Both the position numbers and the translations under genes were made by a program. The notes under the pieces were generated by a model. It was not told the origin of the DNA. It did no database searches and saw nothing but the letters and a program-made list of their open reading frames with translations. From Chrysomallon squamiferum (lineage: Eukaryota > Animalia > Mollusca): 64,000 nt of DNA. The DNA lies in NCBI GenBank assembly GCA_012295275.1, contig CM022668.1, positions 1,364,001 to 1,428,000 of the forward strand. The letters are read 5' to 3'. Below are positions 59,262-64,000 of the stretch, one piece after another. How positions within the stretch are numbered: the stretch's first letter is position 1; each line of letters starts with the position of its first letter.

Positions 59262-62200
59262 GGGAGATCTTCAGTCTAAACTTAGCTGCGGTTGCAACAA
59301 CAAAGAGAAGACAAAAGTCAGTGTAATTACACCAAGTGTGTCTCCTTTCTCCTACACCAGCCCAGTTACCTTGACAACTATTCTCCCCACCAGCGTCAAC
59401 CCATCCCCGAAATCCGACCAACTTTGTAAGATTTATTTACTTGTCTTCTTCTTCTTCTTCTTCTTCTTTCTAACTCATTACCACAATCGTCATAATCATT
59501 ATCTGGATCATCATTATCATTATCATCATTACCACTGTAGACTACTGCTACTGCTATTACTACTGTTACTATTGCTATTACTGCTACATATATTGCTGCT
59601 TCTAATATTATTACTACAACAGCTACATTACTATTCTGCTACTACAACTATAACAACGATAACAACAATTATTACTACCAAAGTTAATCTAAAGTCACCT
59701 CTAATTTTGTTTATTCTAATTTTGTTTATTTTTTTTGAATGGTGTTTCATCTAATTCAGTAGCAACAACAACATCAACAGCAACAGCAACAACAACAATA
59801 ATAACAATAAGAAAATAAACATACTTTAATTATATTACTATTTTTATTATTAGGTCACCTATGAAAAGTGCTAATAAATACGCGGATGTTCACTTTACAC
59901 TTCCGGGTGTGCCCACCCAGTTGTAGCAGTCAGACATTGAGTTCCGGTGGACAAATGCGCCTCAAAGAAAAAATATTTCAAAGTCACTGAGAAAAGTTAC
60001 TTCATTCTGTGTTCATTTACCGAGGCCGCCATAACCAGAACCACCTTGCTGACCTGACAGCGTGCACCCATCCGTGTGAAGACGTCAAATCGGTAAAACT
60101 TGTTTTTGAGAGTATTGTCTATATTTCGATGAAATCCTGATGTGTTAATATTACATGAAGAAAATTTTGCTCTTTTAAGATCACTGTTAATAACAAAGTT
60201 ATCACATCCAGTAGCCTGGTGCCAAAATAAGGGAATCTTTCAGTCAACGACTTTCGGTTTGAATTTAAGACGAAAAATCAACATTATTATTTATTGACAC
60301 GATACACATAGAATTATTTAAAAAAAACAAAAAAACAACAAAACAAACATGTTCTTTCTTCTTTATCTCAGCAACCAGGCAGAAATTCAATCGATAATCA
60401 ATCCTCTTCAAAGTAAATTCATTTATTAATTTTGAATTATTGTTATCTATTTGTAGCTTGCATTATGTCCCACCGGTCTACATTCCTTATGCCGTAGATA
60501 CACATAACAAGACCAGAACATCCAGCTCCTTCTGCCTGCCGTTTTCAGTCGTCCCACCTCGCCATATCTTCGCAAATATCAACCAACGAAAGGACCTCAT
60601 TAATCAAGTGGCTTATCAGACAAACAATATTCCATCTTCATCTGTCTCACCACATTTTCACAAATATCAACCAACGAAAGGACCTCAATCATCAAATGGC
60701 TTACCAGGCAAACATTATGAAACTGGACTGAACATTACAGCTTCATCTGAGCGCAAGTCTGATTTTCCTTCAACAGGCCAAAAGACGGATTCTGGGATTC
60801 TTCCAGATCTCAGTCCAAATCTGCCACCTCCTCCTCCAGCACCAAAGTCACTGTAACAACACCGAGAATGTCTCCTTTCTCCTACACCAGCGCAGTTACC
60901 TTGACAACTCCCCATCAGCGTCCATACCTCCGCGGAAAAACGATCAACTTTGTAAGATTTATTTACTTGTCTTCTTTTCTTCTTCTTCTTCATTACCATA
61001 ATCGTCATAATCATTATCAAAATCACCATTATCATTATCATCATTATAATAATTATCACTATCATTACCACTGTAGACTACTACTGCTGCTATTACTACT
61101 GTTACTGTTGCTATTTCTACTACATATATTGCTACTCTAATACTATTACTTCTACATCTACATTATTACTTCTGCTACTACAGCTCTGACAACGATAACA
61201 ACAATTATTACTACTAATGTTAATTCTAATTTTATTTAGATGATTTGAATGGGGTTTTATCCGATACAACAACAACAGCAGCAGCAACATCAATAATAAC
61301 ATCAACAATAGTAACAACAGCAGCAGCAACAACGATAATAACAATAATAATAATAGCCAATAAATAAATAAATAAATATAGTTTAATTATATAATTTATT
61401 ACTACTTTTATTATTAGGTCACCTATGAAAAGTGCTGATAAATACCCGATATTCACTTCATACTTCCGGGTGTCCCCACCCAGTTTCAGCAGTCAGAAAG
61501 TGACTTCCTCTGGATAACTGCGTCTCAAAGGAAAAATATTTCAAAGACACTGAGAAAAGTTACTTCACTCTGTGTTCATTTACCGAGGCCGCCATAACCA
61601 GAACCACCTTGCTGACCTGACAGCGTGCACCCATCCGTGTGAAGACGTCAAATCGGTAAAGATCTGGTTCCAGGATTGCCGCTCTACATTTAAACGCCAG
61701 TCTCAGGATGGATACTTTCGTGTATGAGAAATCAACTTTATGCATCGCCTGCTGTCGAGTCTGTCGACCTCAAGTCAGGAGACAGCCACGTTCTTTCTTC
61801 TTTGTCTCAGCAACCAGGCAGAAATCACGTGCTCAATCAACCATCTTCAAAGTAAATACATTTATTCAATTTGAAAACAAATGTATTTTAACACTGATTA
61901 GTTTGTATCTTCTTTCATAACAATAATAATCACTATTATTTTTTTGTTATCTATTTGTATCTTGCATTATATCCCACCGGTGTACATTCCTTATGCCGTA
62001 CCTACACATAACAAGACCAGAACATCCAGCTCCTTCTGCCTGCCGTTTTCAGTCGTCCCACCTCGCCACATCTTCGCAAATATCAATGAACGAAAGGACC
62101 TCAATCATCAAATTGCTTACCAGGCAAACATTATGAAACTGGACTGAACATTACAGCTTCATGTGTCTTGCCATATCTTCGCAAATATCAATGAACGAAA

Positions 62201-63645
62201 GGACCTCAATCATCAAATGGCTTACCAGACAAACAGTATGAAACTGGACTGAACATTACAGCTTCATGTGTCTTGCCATATCTTCGCAAATATCAATGAA
62301 CGAAAGGACCTCAATCATCAAATGGCTTACCAGACAAACAGTATGAAACTGGACTGAACATTACAGCTTCATGTGTCTTGCCATATCTTCGCAAATATCA
62401 ATGAACGAAAGGACCTCAATCATCAAATGGCTTACCAGACAAACAGTATGAAACTGGACTGAACATTCCAGCTTCATCTGTGCGCAAGTCTGATTTTCCT
62501 TCAACAGGCCAAAAGACGGATTCTGGGATTCTTCCAGATCTCAGTCCAAATCTGCCACCTGATCCTCCAGCACCAAAGTCACTGTAACAACACCGAACAT
62601 GTCTCCTTTCTCCTACACCAGCGCAATTACCTTGACAACTATTCTTCCCATCAGCGTCCATACCTCCGCGGAAAAACGATCACCTTTGTAAGATTTATTT
62701 ACTTGTCTTCTTTTCTTCTTCTTCTTCTTCTTCTTCTTCTTCTTCTTCTTCTTCTTCTTCTTCTTCTTCTTCTTCTTCTAAACCATTACCATAATCGTCA
62801 TAACCATTATCAAAATGACCATTATCATTATCATCATTATAATAATTATCACTATCATTACCACTGTAGACTATTACTGCTGCTGTTACTGCTGCTATTT
62901 CTACTACATATATTGCTACTCTAATACTATTACTTCTACATCTACATTATTACTTCTGCTACTACAGCTCTGACAACGATAACAACAATTATTACTACTA
63001 ATGTTAATTCTAATTTTATTTAGATGATTTGAATAGGGTTTTATCCGATACAACAACAACAACAGCAGCAACAACAGCAATAACAACAACAACAATAGTA
63101 CAACAGCAGCAGCAACAACGATAATAACAATAATAATAATAGCCAATAAATAAATAAATATAGTTTAATTATATAATTTATTACTACTTTTATTATTAGG
63201 TCACCTATGAAAAGTGCTGATAAATACCCGGATATTCACTTCATACTTCCGGGTGTCCCCACCCTAGTTTCAGCAGTCAGAAAGTGACTTCCTCTGGATA
63301 ACCGCGTCTCAAAGGAAAAATATTTCAAAGACACTGAGAAAAGTTACTTCACTCTGTGTTCATTTACCGAGGCCGCCATAACCAGAACCACCTTGCTGAC
63401 CTGACAGTGTGCACCCATCCGTGTGAAGGCGTCAAATCGGTAAAGAAAATTTGTTTTTGAGATGTGTGTGTTGTGTTATATAATTATATACCCCCTCTTC
63501 CGTTAATAACAGTTTTGCAACATCCATTATCCTGATACCAAGAAAGTGGGGATTTAAAAAAAAACGAGTTTCGGTATGAATTTAAAAAAAAAAAAAAAAA
63601 AAAAAACGACTATTTTAGTGCCACGAAAAAACCCAGAATTACTAA

Positions 63646-63688
<43 letters not shown>

Positions 63689-64000
63689 TAAAAAAACCTC
63701 GTTAGCTAGCAAAAAGAATGAAAATATACTATTATTATAAATAATATAATTATATATCGTTTTAAATAGATATTGAGCTTAATCTTCATTTTATTGTAGA
63801 TCTGGTTCCAGGATTGCCGCTCTACATTTAAACGCCAGTCTCAGGATGGATACGTTTCGTGTATGAGAAATCAACTTTATGCATCGCCTGCTGTCGAGTC
63901 TGTCAACCTCAAGTCAGGAGACAGCCACGTTCTTTCTTCTTTGTCTCAGCAACCACGCAGAAATCACGTGCTTAATCAACCATCTTCAAAGTAAATACAT
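59262..64000 (+). pseudogene. Tandem array (3 or more copies, ~1.6-2.1 kb) of a decayed exon-intron unit with Ser/Pro/Thr-rich coding remnants
   Basis: Block tattag|gtcacctatgaaaagtgct...caaatcg|gtaa recurs at 59853, 61418 and 63200. Block atctggttccagg recurs at 61662 and 63800. Block cattat.tcccaccgg recurs near 60461 and 61965. Microsatellite-filled introns are shared, and every frame is interrupted. Confidence 0.6.
62065..62480 (+). repeat. 105-bp tandem repeat, 4 copies
   Basis: Copies start at 62065, 62170, 62275 and 62380; the middle copies are identical. Confidence 0.95.

Noticed and set aside
59260-59430. MGDLQSKLSCGC as a myristoylated/palmitoylated N-terminus
   Set aside because: agatcttcagtctaaa matches internal sequence of the sister copies (agatctcagtccaaa), so the ATG-GGA probably arises at the truncation junction; splicing gives an immediate stop.
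59430-63146. Poly-Leu and poly-His ORFs suggesting membrane or metal-binding proteins
   Set aside because: They derive from intronic (CTT)n, (CAT)n and (CTA)n microsatellites of the duplicated unit.

Overview
AT-rich, microsatellite-rich, intron-containing animal DNA. It looks lophotrochozoan or mollusc-like, but the taxon cannot be fixed from sequence alone. I reconstructed the genes by hand from splice sites and reading frames. In order: an orphan single-exon ORF (+); a CD225/dispanin gene (+); a decayed Academ-like XPG/PIN transposon fragment (-); CWC25 (+); an apparently chimeric gene (-) in which a YTHDF-type YTH domain with a degenerate m6A cage is spliced in frame to coiled-coil exons reminiscent of Ndc80; an 80-aa single-pass microprotein (-) head-to-head with Spindly (+); OLA1 (+); an Sp1-4-type zinc-finger factor (+); DNA-transposon relics; a 25/27-bp minisatellite; and a tandem array of decayed exon-intron units running off the end. 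The strongest candidate for something undescribed is the YTH::coiled-coil fusion. Its neighbours CWC25 and Spindly also seem to lack their conserved N-terminal functional motifs. All family assignments and residue comparisons come from remembered sequences, not database searches.
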